Program-made: the position numbers and the translations under genes
Part shown: piece after piece, positions 18,175 through 26,580 of the stretch
How the letters are laid out: every line of letters starts with the position of its first letter
Numbering within the stretch: position 1 is the first letter of the stretch
The notes under the pieces: model-generated
Told to the model about the DNA's origin: nothing
The model's input: only the letters and a program-made list of their open reading frames with translations
The model's database searches: none
Assembly (NCBI GenBank): GCA_037446495.1
Contig: JBBIIL010000004.1
Location: 11,916 to 75,915, forward strand
Length of the DNA: 64,000 nt
Source of the DNA: Chloroflexota bacterium
Lineage (GTDB): Bacteria > Chloroflexota > Limnocylindria > Limnocylindrales > CSP1-4
Reading direction: 5' to 3'

Positions 18175-18567
18175 TCAGATGTCGCGAATCCGCCTGAGGA
18201 AGTCCTCGTCGATCTCCTCGCCCATGTCGAGGCCGAGGTCATCGCCGGCTGGAGCCTCGATGACCGCCGGCAGCGTGGACTCTGGCCCGCCCGGGATCCT
18301 GATGCCGGCAGCGCGGTCCGACGGCGCGGCGCCGCGGCCCTCGGCCAGGTGCCTCTCGAGCGCGTCGCTCGGGATCTCGAGGAAACGGACCACGCGGTAC
18401 GGGAAGAAGAAGGTCGCCTCCATGTTGTCGACGAACAGCGGCCGCTTCCCGTCCATCGCGCGCAGGTTCGTGCACAGCATGCCGGCGTCGCGCGCGGCCG
18501 GGACCTCATACAGGTCGGCCAGCAGCGGCTGCTCGTTGGAGATGTGGAGGACGACGTTCCGGATCAC
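18175..18567 (-). CDS. Hypothetical small protein with an acidic C-terminus, family not recognised
   Basis: 130 aa (IRNVVLHISNEQPLLADLYE...FFFPYRVVRFLEIP...). The GTG start is preceded by GAGGA at 7 nt. It fills the topA/CAP-gene gap on the coding strand. Confidence 0.6.
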   Translation of the reverse strand: MIRNVVLHISNEQPLLADLYEVPAARDAGMLCTNLRAMDGKRPLFVDNMEATFFFPYRVVRFLEIPSDALERHLAEGRGAAPSDRAAGIRIPGGPESTLPAVIEAPAGDDLGLDMGEEIDEDFLRRIRDI

Positions 18568-18637
18568 GGGGCGATCCTCACCGATTCGCGGCCCCGCGTC
18601 AGCGGGCCGATGGTCCCGCCGTGCGCCGCGGACCGGG

Positions 18638-20296
18638 CTACGGCCGGTAGAAGTCGATGACCAGCCGGACGCGGCCGCTCGACACCCAGACGCCGACCCC
18701 GACCTCCGTGTAGAGCGAGTTCATCAGGTTGACGTAGTGGCCGCCGTTGTACGGCTTCTCGCTCTGGAAGAACAGGTGGTCGCCCAGGACCGCCTGGTAC
18801 GGCGAAAGGCTCTCGCAGCCGATGTTCTCGCCCCAGTTGTAGCTCGTGTAGCCCGCGCGGCGGAGCCGGTCACCCGGCGTGCCGCCATAGAAGTGGTTGC
18901 ACAGGTTCTGCGTCGCGAGGTACTTGGCGTACGGGCGCGACACGTTGGCGCTGATGCCCGCCGAAAGCTTCAGCGGCGGCACGTTGCGGCCGCCCGGCGA
19001 CGAGCAGCTCCCCGACGAGGTGACCCAGCCGCCGGTCCGCGTGCAGTTCATGAGGTTGAGGTAGTAGACCTCGACCGAGTACCAGCTGGCCGACACGCCG
19101 CCTGACCCGCCCGAGCCGCTCGGGTGCGGGATGGGCTTGGGGGCCGGCGGCTTGGGGGCCGGCGGCTTCTTGGCGGCGGCGGGCAGCGCCTTCACGACGA
19201 AGGTTCCGGCGGCGGCGGCGATCGGGCCACCGGCGGCCGACGTGGCGGTGGCGGCGACCTTGACCCCGACCGTCGCGCCGTATGGCAGCGCCGTGGCGGG
19301 GGTGAAGACGATGACATGGTAGGTCTCCGCCCAGGTGAGCCTGCCGGCGACAGCCTTGCCCGCGGCCGTGACCCTGAAGGCGGCTGCGGTGGTCGTGGGG
19401 TTCATCTCGGCCGTGAAGCGGACGGAGATCACGCTGGCGCGATCCTGGCCCGTCGCGCCGTCCCCCGGCCGGAAGCGGACGACGGCGGGGACGGCAGGGG
19501 CGGCCACCGTGCGCACGAGGACGGATGGGATGGCGGCGAACGCGACCCCATCGCCGTCCAGTAGTCCCGCGAGCGTCAGCTGATAGACGGTGTTGGGCGC
19601 GAGCGGGGCATCGGGCGTGAATGTGTAGTCGCCCTGGCGCGCGCCTGCTGTCACCATTCCGGCGAAGGCGGGATCGGTCCTGATGGAGGCCCGGAGGGCG
19701 TCGAGGGCCACGGCGCGATCGAGGTGGATGACGAACGCGGTGTCGAGCGCGGCGCGCGTGCCGGAGACCTTCGTGACCTCGAGTGTCCCGCTCCCCCCAC
19801 GGGCAGTCATCACGACGGCATGGACGGGGGTCGCCATCGGGGAGCCGTCGGCACCGCGGGCCGAGACGGCGACGGTCAGCGTGTACAGCGTGTCCGGTGC
19901 CCAGGCCCTGAGCGGCGCGATGGTGAGGGTCCTGCCGGCCTCGTCCCATGTGAACGACACGGCGGCCTCGGGCGTCATGCGGAGCGCCGCCGCCACGGAG
20001 GCCCCGTCCATGGGCGCGTCGAAGGCGACCGTGATCGGCGCCTTGAGGCTGTGGTCGGTGACAACGGTGTTGAGCAGCTGTGCCGACACGGTGCGCGTGA
20101 GGGACTGCGGTGCGGCCGCGGACGGAGCGGGTCGGCCGCCGACCATCAGGACGAGCGCGATCAGCCCGGCGGCGCCGACGAACCCGGCTGCGCGGAATCT
20201 CCCGGCCGACCTAACCGCGACGGCCACGTAGAGGAGGATCACCACGGGCAGGGCGAGCAGGGCCGCCCCGAGCTTTCGCAATCGGTCGTCCTCCAC
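18638..20296 (-). CDS. Membrane-anchored secreted protein with Ig-like repeats and a C-terminal CAP/SCP (YkwD-like) domain
   Basis: N-terminal TM helices are followed by repeated Ig-like segments (ITVAFDAPMD..., VVRFRPGDGATGQ...ISVRFTAEM) and a PAPKPPAPKP linker. The C-terminal CAP-type Cys-rich domain contains GENIG and GGHYVNLMN. Confidence 0.7.
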   Translation of the reverse strand: MEDDRLRKLGAALLALPVVILLYVAVAVRSAGRFRAAGFVGAAGLIALVLMVGGRPAPSAAAPQSLTRTVSAQLLNTVVTDHSLKAPITVAFDAPMDGASVAAALRMTPEAAVSFTWDEAGRTLTIAPLRAWAPDTLYTLTVAVSARGADGSPMATPVHAVVMTARGGSGTLEVTKVSGTRAALDTAFVIHLDRAVALDALRASIRTDPAFAGMVTAGARQGDYTFTPDAPLAPNTVYQLTLAGLLDGDGVAFAAIPSVLVRTVAAPAVPAVVRFRPGDGATGQDRASVISVRFTAEMNPTTTAAAFRVTAAGKAVAGRLTWAETYHVIVFTPATALPYGATVGVKVAATATSAAGGPIAAAAGTFVVKALPAAAKKPPAPKPPAPKPIPHPSGSGGSGGVSASWYSVEVYYLNLMNCTRTGGWVTSSGSCSSPGGRNVPPLKLSAGISANVSRPYAKYLATQNLCNHFYGGTPGDRLRRAGYTSYNWGENIGCESLSPYQAVLGDHLFFQSEKPYNGGHYVNLMNSLYTEVGVGVWVSSGRVRLVIDFYRP

Positions 20297-20445
20297 TGCG
20301 TCGTGTCCCTAACGCCCGGAGACGCTGGCGCCGACCCCGGCGGACTCGCGCGAACGCGCCCGGGGCTGGGCGGAGGGTAACACCGTGCTCCGCCGGAAGT
20401 CCACCTCGAGGGCTCCGCGTCCCTTCGCTCCGCAACGAGACCCGA

Positions 20446-21726
20446 TCATGCGGCGGGCCGGCCCTCCTCGCGCCCATCGAGACGTCGCGGGCCCCGTTTG
20501 GAGCGCTCTGCCAGGCGTCCCGATGGCTGGTAGCGGCCGAGCACCTCCACGACGAAACCACGCAACTCGAGCGTCGTGAGGGCGGCGAGTACCGCAGCCC
20601 CGGCGAGGCCCGTGGCCAGCACGAGCTCGTCCGGGCTGCCCGCACCCCGCTCGAGCGCTGCCGCCACCGAGCTCTCGGCTTCACCGAGCCCAGGTGCGCC
20701 GCGTGGCGCAGGGGCGGCGACCCGATCCTCGAGGCCGAGGTCCTCCACCAGCTCCGCGATCCCAGCCACGATCTTGGCCTCGGGGCCAGCCTCGCGAAGA
20801 AACGCCAGCGAGCCGGCGACCGCCGGGTCGTCCAGGCGGCCCGGGACCAGGAACAGGGAGCGACCCTGCTCAAGCGCCCAGGCGGCGGTGGTGAGCGCAC
20901 CGCTGCGCGCCCCAGCCTCCACGACGATCGTGGCGTCCGAGAGCCCGCTGATGATCCGGTTGCGGCGGGGGAACGTGCCGCGCGTGGGCGGCACGTCCGG
21001 CGCGAACTCGCTGACGATGGCGCCGCCGTCCGCGGTGATGGCCGCCGCGAGGCCCCGGTGCCCTGCGGGGTACAGGTGCCCGTGCCCGCCGCCCACCACC
21101 GCCACCGTGGGCATGCCGCGCCGCACGGCCGCCTCGTGGGCCGCCGCGTCGATCCCGTACGCGAGCCCGGACACGATCGTCGCACCGCGTGCAACCACCG
21201 CCTCGGCGATCCGCCCAGCGGTGGCGCGCCCGACGGCGGTGGGTCGGCGCGTGCCCACGATCGCGATGGGCCTGGCCGGGTCGAGCGCACGCAGGTCGCC
21301 AGTGAAGAACAGCACGGGCGGCGGCAGGAGGATGCGTCGTAGGCGCGCCGGGTACGTGGCGTCGGCGAGCGTGAGGAACCCGACGCCCGCGGCGCGGACC
21401 GAGTCGAGCGCACGCCCCGGGTCGGCCGCAGCGTCGACGATGGTTGCCGCTGCGCTCGCGCTCAGGACCGGCGACGCATCCGGACCCGCCGAGGCGTCCA
21501 CCAGCCGGGACACGGCGCCCCGAACCGTCGCGTCGCGGAGCACCGCCAGGGCGGACCCGTACGACCCCAGCAGCCGCTCGAAGGTCACCGGCCCCACGCC
21601 CCGCGCCCCGGCGAGCACCACCCACGCATCACGCTCGTCGAGGTCCAGCGCGGGACCCCGGCCGGCGCCCCCGACGACCCCGTCCGCGTCTCGGCCCAGC
21701 GGTCCCCACCGCCCGACGCCGAGCAT
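20446..21726 (-). CDS. dprA: DNA processing protein DprA (Smf)
   Basis: The DprA Rossmann core reads IAIVGTRRPT...IVSGLAYGIDAAAHEAA...PRRNRIISGLS, followed by a C-terminal winged-helix-like tail. The ATG shares one nt with the comM stop (TGATG). Confidence 0.9.
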   Translation of the reverse strand: MLGVGRWGPLGRDADGVVGGAGRGPALDLDERDAWVVLAGARGVGPVTFERLLGSYGSALAVLRDATVRGAVSRLVDASAGPDASPVLSASAAATIVDAAADPGRALDSVRAAGVGFLTLADATYPARLRRILLPPPVLFFTGDLRALDPARPIAIVGTRRPTAVGRATAGRIAEAVVARGATIVSGLAYGIDAAAHEAAVRRGMPTVAVVGGGHGHLYPAGHRGLAAAITADGGAIVSEFAPDVPPTRGTFPRRNRIISGLSDATIVVEAGARSGALTTAAWALEQGRSLFLVPGRLDDPAVAGSLAFLREAGPEAKIVAGIAELVEDLGLEDRVAAPAPRGAPGLGEAESSVAAALERGAGSPDELVLATGLAGAAVLAALTTLELRGFVVEVLGRYQPSGRLAERSKRGPRRLDGREEGRPAA

Positions 21727-23324
21727 CAGCCCGCGAGCCCCAGCGCGAACCGGTCCGCCGGGATGCGGAAACGGGCCGCCTCGTCAAGGTCCAGCGCGGT
21801 CACCGCCGGCTTCCCCGCCAAGTCGGCGATCGTCCGCGCGACGCGGAGCAGCCGGTCTGTGCCCCGCCCGGAGAGCCCCTCCCGCTCGGCCAGCAGCACG
21901 GCCCGGACCGAGGCGGCTTCGTCCAGGCGACAGGATTCGCGGAGGGCGCGACCGCCCAGACGTCCGTTCGCGAGGCCACGGTTGCGCGCCACCTGACGTG
22001 ACCGCGCGTCCGCGATCCTCTCCCCGACGACGGCCGATGACTCGGGAACGGGCCCGCGGAGCAGCAACTCGGGCGGCACGCGGTCCATCGCGGCCCACAA
22101 GTCGATCCGATCACGCAGGGGCCCCGAGACGCGACGCAGGTACCGCTGCGGCGCCCCCGGTGGGCACGTGCACGCCTGGACAGCTGAGCCGAGCCTCCCG
22201 CACGGGCACGGGTTCATCGCCGCGACGAAGGTGAACCGGGCCGGGAACGTCGCCCACCTGCCCACGCGGACCACCGCGACGCTCCCCTCCTCGAGCGGCT
22301 GGCGCAGCGCCTCAAGCACGTCTCGGCCGAACTCCGGCAGCTCATCGCAGACGAGGCAACCCTGGTCCGCGAGGGTCACCTCACCGGGGGTCAGCCGCGG
22401 CCCCCCGCCCACCATCCCCGCGTAGCTCACCGTGTGGTGCGGCATCCGGACCGGCGGCCGGCGCTGGAGCACCGTGACGGGCACCTCGGACGCCACCGAC
22501 GCGACCACGGTGGCCGCCAGCGCCGCCGAATCGTCGAGATCCGGCAGCAGGGACGGGATCGTCCGCGCCAGCAGCGTCTTCCCTGCGCCGGGCGGGCCGA
22601 TCAGCAGCAGGGCGTGGCCGCCGGCCAAGGCGATCTCGAGACCCCTCCGAGCCACGACCTGGCCTCGCACCTCCGCAATGTCCGGCACGCGGTCCGCCGC
22701 GTCGGCCCCGCTCCCGGCCGCGACCTCTCCGGCGCTGCCCGGGCCGATCCCGGTCCTGCGCAGCGGCGCTGGTGCCCGTCGCCGCGCCCTCGGCCGTCGC
22801 AGCCACGCCTCGACATCACCCAGCGAGGCCACGCCGACGACCTCGATGCCCGGTGCGAGGCTGGCCTCCGCGGCCGCCTCCTCGGGCACCAGCACCCGCC
22901 GCACGCCCCGGTCGCGCAGCGCGATGGCCATCGGCAGGAGCCCGGGCACGCGACGCACCTCTCCGCCGAGCCCGAGCTCTCCCACCAGTCCCACGCCCGC
23001 CACGTCGGCCGACACCTGCTCGGATCCCAGCAGCACGCCCAGCGCGATCGCGAGGTCCAGCGAGGCGCCGGCCTTGCGCAGCTCAGCCGGGGCGAGGTTG
23101 ACGGTGATCCTCCGGGGCGGGTGTTTGTAGCCTGCGTTCCGCAGCGCCCCGCGGACGCGCTCGCGGGCCTCGGACAGCGCGGCGTCCGGCAGCCCGACGA
23201 TCGTGAACCCGGGCAGCCCCGGGGCCACGTCCACCTCGACCCGGACGACACGTCCGGCGAGGCCGTGAAGGGTGGCGGAGAGCAGCGTCGCAAGCACGGA
23301 CGCACGGTAGGCCTGCAGGCTCAC
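21726..23324 (-). CDS. comM: YifB/ComM-family Mg-chelatase-like AAA+ ATPase
   Basis: 532 aa. The Lon-like N-domain reads RVVRVEVDVAPGLPGFTIVGLPDAALSEARERV, the Walker A is LLLIGPPGAGKTLLA, and a C4-like cluster reads CPCGRLG...CTCPPG. GTG start. Confidence 0.9.
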   Translation of the reverse strand: MSLQAYRASVLATLLSATLHGLAGRVVRVEVDVAPGLPGFTIVGLPDAALSEARERVRGALRNAGYKHPPRRITVNLAPAELRKAGASLDLAIALGVLLGSEQVSADVAGVGLVGELGLGGEVRRVPGLLPMAIALRDRGVRRVLVPEEAAAEASLAPGIEVVGVASLGDVEAWLRRPRARRRAPAPLRRTGIGPGSAGEVAAGSGADAADRVPDIAEVRGQVVARRGLEIALAGGHALLLIGPPGAGKTLLARTIPSLLPDLDDSAALAATVVASVASEVPVTVLQRRPPVRMPHHTVSYAGMVGGGPRLTPGEVTLADQGCLVCDELPEFGRDVLEALRQPLEEGSVAVVRVGRWATFPARFTFVAAMNPCPCGRLGSAVQACTCPPGAPQRYLRRVSGPLRDRIDLWAAMDRVPPELLLRGPVPESSAVVGERIADARSRQVARNRGLANGRLGGRALRESCRLDEAASVRAVLLAEREGLSGRGTDRLLRVARTIADLAGKPAVTALDLDEAARFRIPADRFALGLAG

Positions 23325-23423
23325 CGCAGGCTTATCGGCGACTCACCCCCGGCGTGCGGGACGGCGGCCGCTGGCACCGGAGCGGGGCGACCATCCCGCT
23401 CCCGACGCGAGTTGCCAGCGCGT

Positions 23424-24596
23424 CTAGTGCGCGGTGCCCGGCTGCAGCTGCGGCACCGACCGAGCGGGCGCCTTGTCAACAGCCTTGGCGAAGTCCAGCA
23501 CCGAGCGGCCGAGCACGGAGTCTGCCTTGGCCGCCATGAACGGCGCCCCGGTGTTGAGCGCGGAGATCGCGCCCCGGTACTCGTTCACGATCTGGTGCTC
23601 GATGGGCTGGCGCAGCGCGCCCTCGGCGCTCTTGACGTTGATGCCCGTGTAGGCGTTCGAGCGGTTGAGCACCAGCTTGAGCTTCCCCGACGCGTAGCCC
23701 AAGTGCCCCATCGTGCCCAGGACAAGGCGGACGTTCTTGAGGCAGGAGAGGTCGGCGGTCATGACCGCGAAGATGGTCTCCGCGATGTCGAGCACCATCA
23801 GGTTGAACTCGTCGAGGCGCTTGTCGATGTCCACAATGACGTAGTCATACATCGTGGACAGCACCTGGAGGACCTCGTGCATGTGCGCGGAGGTGACCAG
23901 GTCTGCGGCCTCGGGCGACGGCGGCGCGAGCAGCAGGTCCACGCCGGACTCGTGCGACTGGATCACGCCCTTGAGCAGGTCCCCGTCGATCGTCGGGGCA
24001 TTCACGGCGTCCACGATGCTCTTGCGGTCGTTGGCGAGGTCCATGAATACGCGGTGGTCTCCGAACTGGAGATTTCCGTCCACCAGCACCACCCGCCGGT
24101 CGAGCGAGCACAGCGCGATGGCCGTGTTGATGGCGATCGTCGTGGTGCCCACGCCGCCCTTCGCCCCGTAGTAGGCGTGGATCCGGCCCATCGCGGGCCG
24201 GCCGACGAGTGAGTCGCCGGGGGCGAAGCGCGCGATCAGCGCCTTGATGCGGGCGAGCAGCTCAGCCGGATGGAACGGCTTGACGAGGTAGTCGTCGGCA
24301 CCGGAGCGCAGGGCCTTGACCTTCTGCGATACGTCACGGTCCGACGTGAGCATGATGATCGGGACGTGCTTGCCCGCAGGCTCGGAACCGCGGATCCGAG
24401 TGGCGAAGTCGTAGCCGTCCACGCCCGGGAGAGTCGCGTCGAGCAACAGGAGCGACGGGTCCTCGGACTGCCAGAGCCGCAGCGCCTCCGCCGCCTCGGT
24501 GGCGAGCAGGACCTCATAGCCCTCGGCGCGGAGGGTCTGCTGCAGGAGTCGCTGGACGCCCGCATCGTCATCGACGACGAGCACCTTCCCGGCCAT
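23424..24596 (-). CDS. Response-regulator receiver fused to a TadZ/CpaE-like (MinD/ParA-class) ATPase with a degenerate P-loop
   Basis: The REC domain is canonical (VVDDD, LLLLDATLPGVDG, MLTS, LVKPF). The ATPase Walker A reads GAKGGVGTTT, so Thr replaces the GK[ST] Lys. ATG 24596 is preceded by GGGGAGG and is preferred over 24611. Confidence 0.8.
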   Translation of the reverse strand: MAGKVLVVDDDAGVQRLLQQTLRAEGYEVLLATEAAEALRLWQSEDPSLLLLDATLPGVDGYDFATRIRGSEPAGKHVPIIMLTSDRDVSQKVKALRSGADDYLVKPFHPAELLARIKALIARFAPGDSLVGRPAMGRIHAYYGAKGGVGTTTIAINTAIALCSLDRRVVLVDGNLQFGDHRVFMDLANDRKSIVDAVNAPTIDGDLLKGVIQSHESGVDLLLAPPSPEAADLVTSAHMHEVLQVLSTMYDYVIVDIDKRLDEFNLMVLDIAETIFAVMTADLSCLKNVRLVLGTMGHLGYASGKLKLVLNRSNAYTGINVKSAEGALRQPIEHQIVNEYRGAISALNTGAPFMAAKADSVLGRSVLDFAKAVDKAPARSVPQLQPGTAH

Positions 24597-24686
24597 CGCG
24601 CCTCCCCGCATCCTCTCACCATGATGGAGCGCACTCGCTCCGCCGTCTCGCGCAGTATACGGGCCTGTCCGCCCGCTGCCCGCTTG

Positions 24687-25670
24687 CTAGTCGCGAGCCT
24701 CGGCGAAGGCTGTCCGCAGCAGGTCGCCGGTGGCGCCCTCCCAGGCGTCGGGGTCCACGGCGTGCGCCGCGCTGTGGCCCGCCGCCTCGACCACCAGGTG
24801 GCGCGTGGCCCCGGGAGCCGCCGCAACCAGCCGCGCCTGTGCCCTGAGCGGGATCAGTGGATCCGACCCGCCGTGCACCAGGAGCAGCGGGACATCCTCG
24901 AGCAGACCGATCAGCGCGATGGGCTGCGTCGCCCTCGGATCCCCGCCCACCAGCCGTGCGAACCGCGAGAACACGTGGCCGGCGAGCCGGACCCCGCCCG
25001 GCAGTCCCATCCGGCGCCCCACGACCAGCGCGAGTTCCGGCGACACCGAGTCGGCCACGACCGCGACGATCCGCGGGCGCGGCGCGTCGACCGTCGTCAC
25101 GGCAGCCGCCTCGGTGGACGTGTCAGCGGAGGTCAGGCGCCCGTCCCCGAGCACGGTGACCGCGGCGATCGCCGTGATCCCGCCCATCGACGAGCCGACG
25201 AGCGCCACGCGCCGCACCCCGCGCTCACCCAGCCAGGCCAGCGCGCCCGCGACGTCCTCCACCTCGTTGAGGCCGAACGTGGTCGGCGCCTCGTCCGACC
25301 CGCCGTGCCCGCGGAAGTCCAGGCCCAGCACGGCCGCCGTGCGCCGCAGGAACGGGCCCAGCTCGACGAGGTCTGGCGTCACGCTGCCGCTGTAGCCGTG
25401 GAGCAGGAGAATGGCCTCGCGCGGATCCACGAACCAGTCATCGTCGCCGGGCTCAGCGGCCAGCCAGCGGCCCGTCAGGCGCACGCCGTCTCGCGATCGC
25501 AGGCGCACCACCTCGCCGCCCAGACGGTCGAGCAAGGTGGCCATCCCCGATTCCTCGGGGAGGTGCCGGGGCGCGGACATGAGCCGCTTGGCAAGACGGT
25601 CGCTGACTGGCGCGATCGAGACGATGGCCGCCCCGAGGGTTGCCGTCATCACCAGGGCGCGGCGGATCAC
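24687..25670 (-). CDS. Alpha/beta-fold hydrolase
   Basis: Oxyanion region LLLHGYSGS, nucleophile elbow VGSSMGG and a C-terminal His (AAGHSAAH). GTG 25670 overlaps the stomatin stop (GTGA). ATG 25649 is an alternative start. The track ORF of 679 aa is an over-extension. Confidence 0.8.
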   Translation of the reverse strand: MIRRALVMTATLGAAIVSIAPVSDRLAKRLMSAPRHLPEESGMATLLDRLGGEVVRLRSRDGVRLTGRWLAAEPGDDDWFVDPREAILLLHGYSGSVTPDLVELGPFLRRTAAVLGLDFRGHGGSDEAPTTFGLNEVEDVAGALAWLGERGVRRVALVGSSMGGITAIAAVTVLGDGRLTSADTSTEAAAVTTVDAPRPRIVAVVADSVSPELALVVGRRMGLPGGVRLAGHVFSRFARLVGGDPRATQPIALIGLLEDVPLLLVHGGSDPLIPLRAQARLVAAAPGATRHLVVEAAGHSAAHAVDPDAWEGATGDLLRTAFAEARD

Positions 25671-26566
25671 TTCTCGGCGGGCATCGACGGCGAGTTGACG
25701 CCCCGGTCCACGTAGCCGCCGATCTTCTGGGCGAGCGAGGAGAATTCGGTGGGAATGAGGAACTTGGTGGACGGGCTGGCGCCCAGGGCCTTGAGCGCCT
25801 CGAGGTACTGCAGCGCCATCGTCTTCTCGTCGATCTGGTGGGCGGCGCTGTAGATCCGCTCGAGCGCCTGGCTGAAGCCCTCCGCGCGCAGGATCGCGGC
25901 CTGGCGCTCGCCCTCGGCCTTGAGGATCTCCGACTGCTTCTGGCCCTCGGCCACGTTGATCGCCGACTGCCGGGCGCCCTCGGACTCCGTGATGACCGCG
26001 CGCCGGGTCCGCTCGGCGGAGAGTTGGCGGTTCATCGCGTCCTGGACGTCGCGCGGCGGCGTGATCTCGCGGATCTCGACCGTGGTGATCTTGCCGCCCC
26101 ACCGCTCGGTCACCTCGTCGAGCTTCGTGCGCAGGACCTCGTTGATCTGCTCGCGCTTGGACAGCACGTCGTCGAGCAGGATGTCGCCGATGACGGCGCG
26201 CAGCGTGGTGGTGGCAACACCCTGGAGGGCGCCGGCGAAGTAGGCCACGTTCACCACGCTCTTGAGCGGTTCCGAGATGCGCCAGTAGATCAGGAAGTCG
26301 ACGTTGATGGGCGCGTTGTCCTTGGTGATGGTGGTCTGGCTCGGGACCTCGATGAACTGCTCGCGCACGTCCACCTTCACCGGCCGGTCCACGATCGGGA
26401 TCAGGAACCGGATCCCCGGGCCGCGGACCATCTGCTCGTTGGTCTTGCCCAGGCGGAACACCACCATCTGCTCGTACTGCTGGACGATCCTGACCGAGAG
26501 GTACAGGAAGATCAGCACCAACAACAGCACGACCACCAGGATCGCAAGCGTCACGATGAGTTCCAT
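25667..26566 (-). CDS. SPFH/band-7 stomatin-like protein
   Basis: 299 aa. An N-terminal hairpin anchor precedes the SPFH core (VVFRLGK...TKDNAPINVDFLIYWRI...) and a coiled-coil region (AEGQKQSEILKAEGERQAAILRAEG). Confidence 0.92.
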   Translation of the reverse strand: MELIVTLAILVVVLLLVLIFLYLSVRIVQQYEQMVVFRLGKTNEQMVRGPGIRFLIPIVDRPVKVDVREQFIEVPSQTTITKDNAPINVDFLIYWRISEPLKSVVNVAYFAGALQGVATTTLRAVIGDILLDDVLSKREQINEVLRTKLDEVTERWGGKITTVEIREITPPRDVQDAMNRQLSAERTRRAVITESEGARQSAINVAEGQKQSEILKAEGERQAAILRAEGFSQALERIYSAAHQIDEKTMALQYLEALKALGASPSTKFLIPTEFSSLAQKIGGYVDRGVNSPSMPAEK

Positions 26567-26580
26567 GCGGGCCTCCCAGG

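Noticed and set aside
20297-20445. A cyclic-di-AMP (ydaO-type) riboswitch in the 149-nt leader of the CAP-domain gene, as seen upstream of some actinobacterial cell-wall genes.
   Set aside because: I could not recognise the conserved ydaO core motifs or pseudo-symmetric architecture in the reverse-complemented sequence. A covariance-model scan would be needed to decide.
23424-24611. The two CpaE-like genes (also 50093-51232) as markers of a Tad/Flp pilus locus.
   Set aside because: Neither is flanked by cpaF/tadA, tadB/C, a prepilin peptidase or flp pilin genes within the window, so no pilus locus can be called here.
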